This document shows positions 1-9,222 of a DNA stretch of 64,000 nt, one piece after another; the first letter of the stretch is position 1; every line of letters starts with the position of its first letter. The notes under the pieces are model-generated. The model searched no databases and was not told the DNA's origin. It saw nothing but the letters and a program-made list of their open reading frames with translations. The DNA is from an uncultured Gammaproteobacteria bacterium (GTDB taxonomy: Bacteria; Patescibacteriota; Microgenomatia; Daviesbacterales; UBA10151). The DNA is taken from positions 257,520 through 321,519 of the forward strand of contig CAZCNP010000001.1 of NCBI GenBank assembly GCA_964500725.1, in the 5' to 3' direction. Position numbers and translations under genes: made by a program.

Positions 1-289
1 TTAAAGTTCCTTCATTAGAAGGGTTCAGACCCAAATTAGCCTGTTGAATAGCTTTGATCACATCATTTAAAACTGATGCATCCCAGACTTGAACTGTCAG
101 TAGAGAAGGTTGAGGAGCAGAAATATTTCCCACCTCATTTAATTTCATCTGGGATCCATAAACTGAAATTGGAATATTTTCTATCAAAGCAGGATTTGCC
201 CTACCTGCTCTAATACTTGCAATCTCCACCTTAAAATGATGGATGGTATTATCAATCTTTTCACTTGGTCCAGCCAAAACAGGATCCAT
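1..289 (-). CDS. frr: ribosome recycling factor (partial; 3' end runs off the window start)
   Basis: Reverse-strand translation from ATG at 289 gives MDPVLAGPSEKIDNTIHHFKVEIASIRAGRANPALIENIPISVYGSQMKLNEVGNISAPQPSLLTVQVWDASVLNDVIKAIQQANLGLNPSNEGTL, which matches conserved RRF motifs (IRTGRA.P.LL, LGLNP). Classic rpsB-tsf-(pyrH)-frr neighbourhood. Confidence 0.8.
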   Translation of the reverse strand, partial: MDPVLAGPSEKIDNTIHHFKVEIASIRAGRANPALIENIPISVYGSQMKLNEVGNISAPQPSLLTVQVWDASVLNDVIKAIQQANLGLNPSNEGTL

Positions 290-350
290 AATATTATTGT
301 AAGTGTATCAGTGACGAAACCACAAGTAAACAAAAAAGGACAAGCCAACT

Positions 351-806
351 TTACTCTCCTAAAGCAACTCTCTCAAACCTACCCACCTGAATATTTTCTC
401 CTAATTTCCCTATCATTCCTTTAATTAACTGTTCTATAGTTTGAGAATTATCTCTGATATATTCCTGAGTTAATAGCTCTTCCAAAGATGAAGGGTTCAT
501 AGAAGCAATTTGCAAAGCTAACTCGTGGGCTAAATTTTTAAAATCATCTGTTCTGGCAACAAAATCTGTCTCACACAAAAGTTCTACTAAAACTCCAACT
601 TTGCCACTGTGAGAATAAACATCAACAATTCCTGCCTTAACTTCTCTTTCACCTTTTGAGGCAGCTTTATCAAAACCTTTTTTCCTCAAAATTTCTTTGG
701 CCTGCTCCATATCTCCGCCAGACTCATTTAAAGCTTCTTTACAATCAGCTATACCTGCTCCAGTCTGTCCACGAAGTTTTTTGATATCTTCAAGCGTTGT
801 AGCCAT
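351..806 (-). CDS. tsf: elongation factor Ts (short form, 151 aa)
   Basis: N-terminal UBA-like motif TLEDIKKLRGQTGAGIADCKEAL, then LCETDFVARTDDF; sits immediately downstream of rpsB. Confidence 0.9.
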   Translation of the reverse strand: MATTLEDIKKLRGQTGAGIADCKEALNESGGDMEQAKEILRKKGFDKAASKGEREVKAGIVDVYSHSGKVGVLVELLCETDFVARTDDFKNLAHELALQIASMNPSSLEELLTQEYIRDNSQTIEQLIKGMIGKLGENIQVGRFERVALGE

Positions 807-809
807 TTT

Positions 810-1661
810 TTACTCTACTATTCTGTCTGCTTCTTTAATTGCTGCTTTTTCTACTTTTTCCTCAACCTCTGCTACTTCAACAGCCAATGCCTCTCCTACA
901 GATACTTCTCCTGTTTCTTTCTTTTCTTCTGCCTTTTTCTCTTCCTGCTTAGCTAATTTTTCAGCAATTTTACCTGCTTCTTGTTTACCTGCTTTATAAG
1001 CCTCAGCCACAGCTGTAACTAAAATTTTAATAGATTTGATAGCATCATCATTACCAGGAATAGGATAATCTATCTCTGTAGGGTCAGAATTTGAATCAGC
1101 CAAAGCTACTACCTGAGTTTTTAACCTGTTTGCTTCTCTGATTGCAATATTATCTGAGACTGCATCCACCACAAAAATTACATCAGGTAACTTATTCATA
1201 TTCATTACTCCGGCAAAATCAGCCTGTAGCTTAACCATTTTTCTTTCCAGTAAAAGCTGTTCTCTTTTTGTGTATTTGGAAAGCTGACCCTTTTGTTTTT
1301 GTTCTAAATACTCTTTTAATCTTTTAATATTTTTCTGGATTTGTTCAAAGTTTGTTAAAAAACCTCCCATCCATCTGTTTACCAAATATGGAGCCTCTAA
1401 ATCTTTAGCAAGTTCTTCTATAATAGGTTTTGCTTGTTTTTTAGTTCCAACAAAAAGCAACACTTTACCTTCTTTACCAAGGCTATAGACAAATTCACAA
1501 GCTTCTTTTAACAGCTTTTCGGATTGAGTTAAATCAATAACAGAAACACCTTCTCTTGCTCCATAAATATATGGCCTCATTCTGGGATGACCACGTCTGA
1601 CTTGGTGCCCAAAATGAACACCAGCTTCTAATAATTCTTGTAATGTAGGTAATTTGTACAT
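810..1661 (-). CDS. rpsB: 30S ribosomal protein S2 with Lys/Glu-rich C-terminal extension
   Basis: HFGHQVRRGHPRMRPYIYG..., and VVDAVSDNIAIREANRLKTQVVALADSN are S2 signatures; about 70-aa KE-rich tail. Confidence 0.95.
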   Translation of the reverse strand: MYKLPTLQELLEAGVHFGHQVRRGHPRMRPYIYGAREGVSVIDLTQSEKLLKEACEFVYSLGKEGKVLLFVGTKKQAKPIIEELAKDLEAPYLVNRWMGGFLTNFEQIQKNIKRLKEYLEQKQKGQLSKYTKREQLLLERKMVKLQADFAGVMNMNKLPDVIFVVDAVSDNIAIREANRLKTQVVALADSNSDPTEIDYPIPGNDDAIKSIKILVTAVAEAYKAGKQEAGKIAEKLAKQEEKKAEEKKETGEVSVGEALAVEVAEVEEKVEKAAIKEADRIVE

Positions 1662-1806
1662 TTTCCTTATTCACCTCTATCAGCATATAGCTTCAGGAAA
1701 ATCTAGACTGATAGATGTTTAATGTTTGGTATTTTACCAGGATTACTCCAGTAAAGCAAGCTTATCTTCTATTCCCAGAATATCTGCCCCCGAATCAACT
1801 AAAACT

Positions 1807-2007
1807 TCATTTAGATACCAAACCCAACATAGGGGGGCAGGGTTTTTGGCATATGAGCCAAAATTGGCTTTTGGAATCCTTTTTTTTGGCTTTGGTCCAA
1901 GCTTCCTTAGCTGTTTTTCCAAAAGAGACTACAGTCCTTTCATCATCTTTCAGAGCTACCCATAAACCTTTGTATTTTTTATAAATATTTGTCCAATCAA
2001 TAGCCAT
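1807..2007 (-). CDS. small DUF5678-like hypothetical protein (start moved to internal Met MAIDW...)
   Basis: MAIDWTNIYKKYKGLWVALKDDERTVVSFGKTAKEAW resembles the small 'WVAL.dd..Vv..g' family common in CPR/archaea. The upstream part of the track ORF would overlap the GNAT gene. Confidence 0.35.
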   Translation of the reverse strand: MAIDWTNIYKKYKGLWVALKDDERTVVSFGKTAKEAWTKAKKKDSKSQFWLICQKPCPPMLGLVSK

Positions 2008-2077
2008 AATGTTTTTATTATATACCAATTTTGCAAAGATTTTATATGAATTTTTAACATTGGTATATAATTTCCTC

Positions 2078-2548
2078 ATGGCTAAACTTAAGGTTAGAAG
2101 ATATAAAAAAGAAGATAATCCTATGGTTTGGCAGCTTCATAGGTTGGGTTTAGCAGAAATTGGTATAAAACCTACTAAAAACAGCCCTTGGGAAAAGGAC
2201 TTATATGATATAGAAAATGTGTATTTAAAAGATGGAGATTTTTTAGTTGGTGAATATGAAGGTAAGGTAGTAGCTATGGGAGCATTCAAGAAAAATTCAG
2301 ATGAAATATCAGAAACAAAAAGAATGAGAGTCCATCCAGATTATCAAAGACATGGATTTGGCACAGCAATTATTCAAGAATTAGAAAAAAGAGCTAAAAA
2401 GTTAGGTTTTAAAAAGATGATCTTAAATACCAGTGAAAAATGGATTAAAGCCCAAAGTTTTTATACCAAAAATGGTTATCAAGAAACTGGCAGGGAAGTT
2501 TTTGATAAAAAATACCATGCTATTTTTTATGAGAAAGAGTTGGAATAG
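2078..2548 (+). CDS. GNAT family N-acetyltransferase
   Basis: RMRVHPDYQRHGFGTAIIQELEKRAKKLGF is a GNAT motif A (Q/RxxGxG/A). Start placed at ATG 2078 (MAKLKV), in frame with track ORF 2009. Confidence 0.75.
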   Translation: MAKLKVRRYKKEDNPMVWQLHRLGLAEIGIKPTKNSPWEKDLYDIENVYLKDGDFLVGEYEGKVVAMGAFKKNSDEISETKRMRVHPDYQRHGFGTAIIQELEKRAKKLGFKKMILNTSEKWIKAQSFYTKNGYQETGREVFDKKYHAIFYEKELE

Positions 2549-2564
2549 ACTTACGTTAGAGATT

Positions 2565-3059
2565 TCATCTTTCTAGTTCCAAGAATTTATATTTAAACCC
2601 CTTAGATTCAAATTCTTCTGATTCCCAAACTACTTTTTTAAACTCTGAATAATCAGGAAAAACCGTATCTCCCTCAATTTCTGCCTGTATTTCAGTTATA
2701 TATAACTTATCAGCTTTAGATAAAGCTTGTTTATAAACCTCTCCTCCACCAATAATAAAAACCTCCTCACTTCCTTCCTTACCTCTTGCTTGTTGTAATG
2801 CTTCTTGCAAAGAATGAACAACAACACACCCTATTGCAGTATAGTTTGAAGAGGTTGTAATCACAATATTAGTTCTATCTGGCAAAGCTTTGCCAATAGA
2901 CTCATATGTTTTTCTACCCATAATAATTGGGTGACCATTAGTAATCTCTCTAAATCTTTTAAGCTCTCCAGGAATATACCAGGGCATACCACCTTTTTTA
3001 CCTATCACTCTTTTTTCCCCAGCTACAGCAACAATGATAGAGATTTTTGGCTTAATCAT
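2565..3059 (-). CDS. folA: dihydrofolate reductase
   Basis: ISIIVAVA..VIGKKGGMPWYIPGELKRFREITNGHPIIMGRKTYESIG and VFIIGGGEVY are DHFR signatures; directly downstream of thyA. Confidence 0.9.
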   Translation of the reverse strand: MIKPKISIIVAVAGEKRVIGKKGGMPWYIPGELKRFREITNGHPIIMGRKTYESIGKALPDRTNIVITTSSNYTAIGCVVVHSLQEALQQARGKEGSEEVFIIGGGEVYKQALSKADKLYITEIQAEIEGDTVFPDYSEFKKVVWESEEFESKGFKYKFLELER

Positions 3060-3062
3060 ATA

Positions 3063-4043
3063 TTAACCTGCCATCTTGCCTGTTTTGGGGTCATATAATC
3101 CTCCAGCTACAGTCAATTCTGCTTTTAATGCTGGATAAGGATCATAACCCTCTAAAGTAATGTATTCTGGTTCAAAATCATCTAAACTTTTAAAGTTGGT
3201 ATTGAATTTAACTTTAGGAAAAGGCTTGGGCTTCCTCTTAAGCTGCTCCTTAACTTGCTCTATATGATCTTCATAAATATGCACATCTCCAAAAGTATGA
3301 ATAAACTCACCTGGCTGCAATCCTGCTATTTTTGCCAAAATGAGGGTCAAAAGAGCATAACTTGCAATATTAAAAGGAACACCTAGAAATAAATCAGAGC
3401 TTCTTTGGTAAAGCTGTAAAGATAATTTTCCATTTCTATTGCTAACTTGGTACATATTATGGCAAATAGGAAAACGGGAAGCATCCTCATATGTGGCCAT
3501 GGTATATAAATATTCTGGATTCCAAGAATTTACTATTAAGTTTTTAGCATCTGGATCATCTTTTAACTCCTGCATTACCCATTTAAGCTGATCTATTGTT
3601 CTGCCTGGAGTTCTAGTGGGCCATTTCCTCCACATCTCTCCATAAATTCTGGGCAGTTCTCCATATTTTTTGGCAAATTCCTCATCAGTCCTAATTTTTT
3701 CTACAAATTCTTCTTTGGTAAGTTTAGTAACTTTTCCCTCTTCTGCTTTTTTGGAATAAATTTTATAAGGATAGTCATCCCAGATATGAACATTATTATC
3801 TACCAAATATTTAATATTTGTTTGTCCTGACATAAACCAGTAGAGCTCCTGAATAACTCCTTTCCAGTAGACCCTTTTAGTAGTTAGAAGAGGAAAACCA
3901 ACTGATAAATCATATCTGGTTTGCTTGCCAAATAAACTATACAGGACAATCCCTGTTCCTCTATCTACCTTTTTTATCCCTTTAGTTAAAGCTTCTTTTA
4001 AAAGATCTAAATATTGGTACTCTTGATGCTTTGGTCTTGGCAT
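3063..4043 (-). CDS. thyA: thymidylate synthase (ThyA, long form with insertion)
   Basis: FPLLTTKRVYWKGVIQELYWF, PICHNMYQ (active-site Cys), LQLYQRSSDLFLGVPFNIASYALL, FGDVHIY all align to ThyA. Confidence 0.95.
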   Translation of the reverse strand: MPRPKHQEYQYLDLLKEALTKGIKKVDRGTGIVLYSLFGKQTRYDLSVGFPLLTTKRVYWKGVIQELYWFMSGQTNIKYLVDNNVHIWDDYPYKIYSKKAEEGKVTKLTKEEFVEKIRTDEEFAKKYGELPRIYGEMWRKWPTRTPGRTIDQLKWVMQELKDDPDAKNLIVNSWNPEYLYTMATYEDASRFPICHNMYQVSNRNGKLSLQLYQRSSDLFLGVPFNIASYALLTLILAKIAGLQPGEFIHTFGDVHIYEDHIEQVKEQLKRKPKPFPKVKFNTNFKSLDDFEPEYITLEGYDPYPALKAELTVAGGLYDPKTGKMAG

Positions 4044-4046
4044 AAT

Positions 4047-4616
4047 TTATACTTGTTGCTCTTCCTCATGAGGACTTACTCTCCCCCCTTGATGCTGTCC
4101 CCTGTACCCTATTGTTTGCCCCTCAATTTTATAAAAAACAATGTTACAAATTCTAGCCCCCATTTGCAGCTTAACATCAAATTCAGATAAGTTTTTGAGT
4201 CCCATGGTTAAAGCTCCTTTATAACCTGGGTCAGTTTTGGAATTTAACAAAAGTAGTCCTGCCCTAAAAAGTGAGGTCCTGGGAAATAAAACTGGCATTA
4301 AATCTTTTGGGGTATTAATAATTTCTAATGTAGAAACTAAATAATAATCTCCTGGCTTTATAACCACTTCTTCCTGTTTTCTCTTTCTACTGCTAAATTC
4401 TGCTAAAACTTCTGTTTGTACCCCTTTTCTTTTTCCCAAACCAGCTTTCCCATCAGCTTCTATAAACGCTCCCCCTGAGGTAATTTTGTATACAGCCCCC
4501 AGTCTTAAATCCACACCTACTCCTTCTGGATTCTCTAATTCTCTTTTTCCAAGGTTGTCAATTAGTCTATCTTTTTTTATTCTTCTATGGACTTCATCTA
4601 TACCAATTACAGACAT
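4047..4616 (-). CDS. dCTP deaminase / dUTPase-fold protein (second paralog)
   Basis: GVGVDLRLG and PGYKGALTMGLKN match the dCTP deaminase/dUTPase trimeric fold; adjacent to a canonical dcd. Confidence 0.6.
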   Translation of the reverse strand: MSVIGIDEVHRRIKKDRLIDNLGKRELENPEGVGVDLRLGAVYKITSGGAFIEADGKAGLGKRKGVQTEVLAEFSSRKRKQEEVVIKPGDYYLVSTLEIINTPKDLMPVLFPRTSLFRAGLLLLNSKTDPGYKGALTMGLKNLSEFDVKLQMGARICNIVFYKIEGQTIGYRGQHQGGRVSPHEEEQQV

Positions 4617-4673
4617 AATGATTTTTAAGTGGCGAAGTTTGAGCCAGTCAAAAAATAAAACAAACGAGCCACA

Positions 4674-5279
4674 TTATTTCTTTGATTTTCTTTTTCCCAT
4701 TAAATTAGATACTTGTGGTAAATCTGACCCACCATATCTATTATTTGGACTATTTTTATATGACCTCTCAACAGGAGCCGCTAACTTTTCAAAAGAAAAA
4801 GCACAAATAGGAGACCCCTCATAAATAACTAGCTTTTTACCCTTTAAAAATGTCCCAAACTCTAAGACAGGACAACCATCCCAACCAGGATCAAACCTGG
4901 CTGCAGTTGAATGGACTACCACCCCTAGCCTTGCTAAAGAACTTTTACCATGAAGGTGTCCAACAATATTGTCTGGTAAAGTTAATTTTTCTTTAGTGGT
5001 GGCAATCACAAAATCATGATCAGTTAAGATAAAAGGCTGGCCTGGCTTTAGCTCCACTAACTTCATCATCTTTTCCATATCTTCTTTGTTAGTATGTTTA
5101 GTATCTATAATATCCCACCCATCACCGGAAAATACTCTTAATTTATTACCTAGATGAAAATCAATGGTAACCTCATCTACATTCTGCTCCCAATCTTTGC
5201 TGATTGGATCAATTTTAATAATGCCTTTTTTAATATGCTCTTTAATAACCCAATCAGGGAGGGTGCCCAAAATATCCAT
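4674..5279 (-). CDS. dcd: dCTP deaminase
   Basis: FILTDHDFVIATTKEKLTLPDNIVGHLHGKSSLARLGVVVHSTAARFDPGW is typical Dcd (GRSSLARLG). Confidence 0.8.
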   Translation of the reverse strand: MDILGTLPDWVIKEHIKKGIIKIDPISKDWEQNVDEVTIDFHLGNKLRVFSGDGWDIIDTKHTNKEDMEKMMKLVELKPGQPFILTDHDFVIATTKEKLTLPDNIVGHLHGKSSLARLGVVVHSTAARFDPGWDGCPVLEFGTFLKGKKLVIYEGSPICAFSFEKLAAPVERSYKNSPNNRYGGSDLPQVSNLMGKRKSKK

Positions 5280-5338
5280 GCAAAGATCCTATTAGGTTTG
5301 ACCACTTTTTTCAAGTAGGAAGTTAAATAGTTATTAAC

Positions 5339-6064
5339 TCATATCCCTAGTATTGTTCTTAATCTCCTTAAAGCCTCTGCCTCTTTTTCGCTTATTCGTT
5401 GCCTGCTTAAGCTATGTTTTTTCTTAAGCTGCGCAAAACTAAGAGGTTTTTCAGTCAAATAGCGATCTTGTAAAATAGTTTGTTCTATTTCAGATAGCAC
5501 ACCTAGTAAGCCTGATTGTTGAGCTCTTTGAACAATATTTGCATTGTCTTGTTTAATGACTCCTTGTCTATTTGCTTTTCTAACATCAGCTGTTTCTTCT
5601 AACCATTCTCTCAGTCCTTTATTAATCTTTGCTCTTACATCAGGCGATCGCCTCACTGCTATTCTCCTAGCTCGTCTTTCCTCATCCTGCCAACTATCTT
5701 TCATTCTTTGAACCACACCTTCCCGTACTGCCTGATCCTTCCAAGTTTCTTCTTTTGTACGAGTGGGGTAACCATACTGTTTAAGCCAGTTAGAAACCGT
5801 TATTCCTCCCACATCGACAGCTCCATTACTAAGCTCAACAATATCTCTGGCCACAGCTTTAGCAGTTAAACTTGCTGAAAAATATCTTGCAAACAGATAA
5901 CTGCCCAAATCACCAACATATTCTTCGGCTTGGGCAGCAATGGGACTGATTGCTGAGGCAGTTATTGGAAGCCTCATGGTTCTAATTGCCTCCAATGAAA
6001 TGCCTGAAGTTAGTTTTTGGGGTTTATTTCCTATTTGACGTAGCGGTAAATCTCTTTCTGTCAT
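5339..6064 (-). CDS. hypothetical protein with C-terminal sigma-70 region-4-like HTH
   Basis: C-terminus LSEIEQTILQDRYLTEKPLSFAQLKKKHSLSRQRISEKEAEALRRLR resembles sigma-70 region 4.2; N-terminal 190 aa unrecognised; sits inside the tmk-dcd-thyA-folA operon. Confidence 0.5.
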   Translation of the reverse strand: MTERDLPLRQIGNKPQKLTSGISLEAIRTMRLPITASAISPIAAQAEEYVGDLGSYLFARYFSASLTAKAVARDIVELSNGAVDVGGITVSNWLKQYGYPTRTKEETWKDQAVREGVVQRMKDSWQDEERRARRIAVRRSPDVRAKINKGLREWLEETADVRKANRQGVIKQDNANIVQRAQQSGLLGVLSEIEQTILQDRYLTEKPLSFAQLKKKHSLSRQRISEKEAEALRRLRTILGI

Positions 6065-6124
6065 GGTAGTTTCAGTTGATCCTGTAGTATAAATGAAGCC
6101 TTGGGAAAAATCAAATAGGGTGTG

Positions 6125-6778
6125 TTAGTTAGGCACCTTTAGACAATCTATGATTTCTTGATGGATATCATCTGGAATCCTCATGACTTTACCTTTCATA
6201 CAATTTATTACCTGCCAATTTTCTTGTTGGGCCAGGTCTAAATAGATTTTGCTTGCCTGCTGCAGATGTTTTAAATCCTGTTCATGTAAGTCTTGGAATC
6301 TACCTAAAACATTTTTTTGCCCTACTTGAGGATCAATATTTAAAAAGATTGTTAAATCTTCTTTAGGCATACCATTATCCCTATATTCCAGTTCATCCAA
6401 CCACTTGAAGAATTCTTCCCTTTTTTCTTCGGACAAGTTTGCTCCCATATGAGCCTTAGAAGAAGATACATACCTATTTGCTAAAACTATTTTCCCTTCA
6501 GATAACCATTTTTCTATTTTTGGCTTTGCTAACAATCTATCTCCAGCAAAAGCTAAAGCTAAAAGATATGGATTAACTGTATCAATAGATCCAAACTCCC
6601 CCTCTAAATACCTTTTAATTAATTTTCCATAAATATTATCTTCATATCTAGGGAAACTGACTACTTCATAGGGAACCTTTTTATCTTTTAAATACTGGGC
6701 AAGTAAATTAGCCTGGGTAGTCTTACCAGACCCATCAATCCCTTCAATAACAATTAATTTCCCTTGATTTTTGTCCAT
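6125..6778 (-). CDS. tmk: thymidylate (dTMP) kinase
   Basis: GKLIVIEGIDGSGKTTQANLLAQYL P-loop plus the DRY/LID region of the Tmk family. Confidence 0.9.
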   Translation of the reverse strand: MDKNQGKLIVIEGIDGSGKTTQANLLAQYLKDKKVPYEVVSFPRYEDNIYGKLIKRYLEGEFGSIDTVNPYLLALAFAGDRLLAKPKIEKWLSEGKIVLANRYVSSSKAHMGANLSEEKREEFFKWLDELEYRDNGMPKEDLTIFLNIDPQVGQKNVLGRFQDLHEQDLKHLQQASKIYLDLAQQENWQVINCMKGKVMRIPDDIHQEIIDCLKVPN

Positions 6779-6852
6779 AAATGTGTTATATTTACTGCAT
6801 CACGATGAGAGGACTACCAAAGGGTTTTATCCCGCGGGAATGCCTCTCTTTT

Positions 6853-7341
6853 TTATCGCTTCACTTTATTTTTAAACAAATTTACAGAAACAATATAGTT
6901 GGCAAATCTCCTTAACAAGGACGAGTATTTGTCATTAGGAACAATAATTTTAGCAAGTTTGTCCTTTTTATCTAAATATTCAGCAAGACAGTAAAAATCG
7001 CCATCTCCTGAAATAATGATTGCTTTATCATAATGAGGAAACTCTATCATTGTGTGAAGTACTAATTCAGCATCAACATTACCTTTCGTATCACCAGAAC
7101 CCTTCTTTTTTCCCTCGACAGTAGGTTTAAAAATTATTTTGTAGCCTGCCTCTCTCAAAAACATATATAAAGATTCATTCTTGGAAATGTAACCAATAAA
7201 AAGGAACGCATGTTGAACTTTGTATTTAGCAGATAAGTATTTCCGAAATCTTGCAAAATCTAGAATCCAGCCGCTACTTCTAACTCCTAAGTTTAAATTC
7301 TGGCTGTCAATAAAAGCATAAACCTTTTCCTGTTTCTTCAT
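6853..7341 (-). CDS. NYN/LabA-like domain protein
   Basis: VYAFIDSQNL ... IISGDGDF is the LabA/NYN (DUF88) pattern. Confidence 0.65.
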   Translation of the reverse strand: MKKQEKVYAFIDSQNLNLGVRSSGWILDFARFRKYLSAKYKVQHAFLFIGYISKNESLYMFLREAGYKIIFKPTVEGKKKGSGDTKGNVDAELVLHTMIEFPHYDKAIIISGDGDFYCLAEYLDKKDKLAKIIVPNDKYSSLLRRFANYIVSVNLFKNKVKR

Positions 7342-7545
7342 ATAAACCTACTTTAAATCAAACGGGGAAATATTCAAGAGGGAAAATCACTTAGGCTCGC
7401 ACGAACCGTCCTTGTAAGACTTGGAGGGAGGAATCCTAAGAAGGCAGGCTATCAAATTTTTCTAACTCCTCTCGTTCACGTTCATTCATAGCAGGGATGA
7501 TACCATAAATAGGCAAATAGCTACACTTTTTGGCAGATCTAACAG

Positions 7546-9162
7546 CTATTTTATGTTGATTCCTGAGGCTGCTTTGATAAAACCTACAAATAAAGGATGT
7601 GGAGACAGAGGTCTTGATTTTAGCTCTGGGTGAAACTGGGTTCCTACAAAAAATGGATGATCTGGTAATTCTACAATTTCGACTAATTTTCCATCTGGAG
7701 AAGTACCTGCAATGATCATCCCACCATTTGTAAACTGCTTTAGAAACTCATTATTAAACTCATATCTGTGCCTATGTCTTTCAGAGATTTCTGGCTTTCC
7801 ATACAGTTTCCTAACCAAGGTTCCTTCTTTCAACTTACAATCCCAAGCTCCCAATCTCATAGTTGCCCCATATTCTCTCTTTAAAAGCTTTTTTTCCTGA
7901 TCTGGCATGATATGAATAATTGGAAATTTAGTATGCGGGGCAACCTCAGTAGTATGAGCATCAAGCATTCCTAAGACATTTCTGGCATATTCTACACAAG
8001 CAAGCTGCATTCCATAACAAAGTCCAAAATAGGGAATTTTATTTTCCCTACAGTATTTTATAGTAGCAATTTTTCCTTCAATATCCCTTGACCCAAATCC
8101 TCCTGGCACAATTATCCCATCAAACTTTTCTAAAACCTGTTCCCTTTCTAGAACCTTTCCGCTATCCAACCAAGTTATTTCTGGCTTTAACCTTTCTGTC
8201 CAAGCAGCATGCTTGATGGCCTCAATCACAGAAATATATGAATCAGCCAAAGTAAAATCACCTGTTGAAAAATACTTACCCACTATAGCAATCTTAACTG
8301 GCTTAGAGACAAAATCTATCTTGCTAACAAATTCTCTCCACTCTTTTAAATCTTTTTCTTTTCTTGTTAACCCCAGCTTACTGAGTAATCTATCTGTTAA
8401 AGCCTGACTATCAAATCCAATTGGAACCTTATAAATACTATCAACATCAGGAGCAGAAATAATATCCCCTGGCTCCAAACCTGTAGTAATGGACAACTTT
8501 TTTATCCTAGAATTATCAAGAGGTTTTTCACTTCTGGCTAGAATTACATCTGGCTGAATACCTACAGCATTTAAATCCCTAACAGACATTTGCGCAGGTT
8601 TACTTTTCATCTCCCCAATTGATGCTGGAATTGGCAAATAAGTAATATGGACATGAGCTACATCTTGGGGATTTTTCAGCTTCATCAATCTATTTGCTTC
8701 CAAAAACAGAATATTTTGGTACTCTCCGGTTGTGCCACCAATTTCTATTACTACCACATCTGCATCTTTGGCTTTACCTGCTTCTTTGGCTCTTTTGATA
8801 ATTTCTGAGGTAACATAAGTTACAACATCTACGCATTCCCCATCATATTCAAGGTTCCTTTCTCTTTGAATAACAGAAAGATATATTGATCCTTGAGTGG
8901 CAATGCTGTTTTTATTTAAGGACTCATTCATAAATCTTTCATAATGACCTAAATCCTGATCTGTTTCTGTACCATCATCCAACACAAATACTTCACCATG
9001 TTCAATTGGGTTCATGGTGCCTGCATCCACATTTAAGTACGGATCCATCTTTATAGGCACAACTTTATATCCCGCTGATTTTAAAAGTAGAGAAATTGAG
9101 GCAGTTGCAATGCCTTTGCCCAAACCACTAATAACACCACCACTAACAAATATATATTTCAC
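7546..9162 (-). CDS. pyrG: CTP synthase
   Basis: MKYIFVSGGVISGLGKGI N-terminus and the C-terminal glutamine amidotransferase GLCYGMQL motif. Confidence 0.95.
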   Translation of the reverse strand: MKYIFVSGGVISGLGKGIATASISLLLKSAGYKVVPIKMDPYLNVDAGTMNPIEHGEVFVLDDGTETDQDLGHYERFMNESLNKNSIATQGSIYLSVIQRERNLEYDGECVDVVTYVTSEIIKRAKEAGKAKDADVVVIEIGGTTGEYQNILFLEANRLMKLKNPQDVAHVHITYLPIPASIGEMKSKPAQMSVRDLNAVGIQPDVILARSEKPLDNSRIKKLSITTGLEPGDIISAPDVDSIYKVPIGFDSQALTDRLLSKLGLTRKEKDLKEWREFVSKIDFVSKPVKIAIVGKYFSTGDFTLADSYISVIEAIKHAAWTERLKPEITWLDSGKVLEREQVLEKFDGIIVPGGFGSRDIEGKIATIKYCRENKIPYFGLCYGMQLACVEYARNVLGMLDAHTTEVAPHTKFPIIHIMPDQEKKLLKREYGATMRLGAWDCKLKEGTLVRKLYGKPEISERHRHRYEFNNEFLKQFTNGGMIIAGTSPDGKLVEIVELPDHPFFVGTQFHPELKSRPLSPHPLFVGFIKAASGINIK

Positions 9163-9222
9163 GCTAGCATTATCCTTTGTAGCCTTTAAAAAAACAAGTC
9201 TTTTCTTAAATATGGTATAATT

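Noticed and set aside
697-999. 100-aa +strand ORF, and the many similar 60-115-aa ORFs in the track (e.g. 236..424, 7712..7900, 9320..9742, 25031..25249, 26399..27574, 44130..44477, 56156..56374)
   Set aside because: Each lies antisense or out of frame within a strongly supported gene (tsf/rpsB, pyrG, topA, mreB, P-type ATPase, SNF2-sigma, DMT). They have low-complexity S/L/F-rich translations and no motifs, so they are shadow ORFs.
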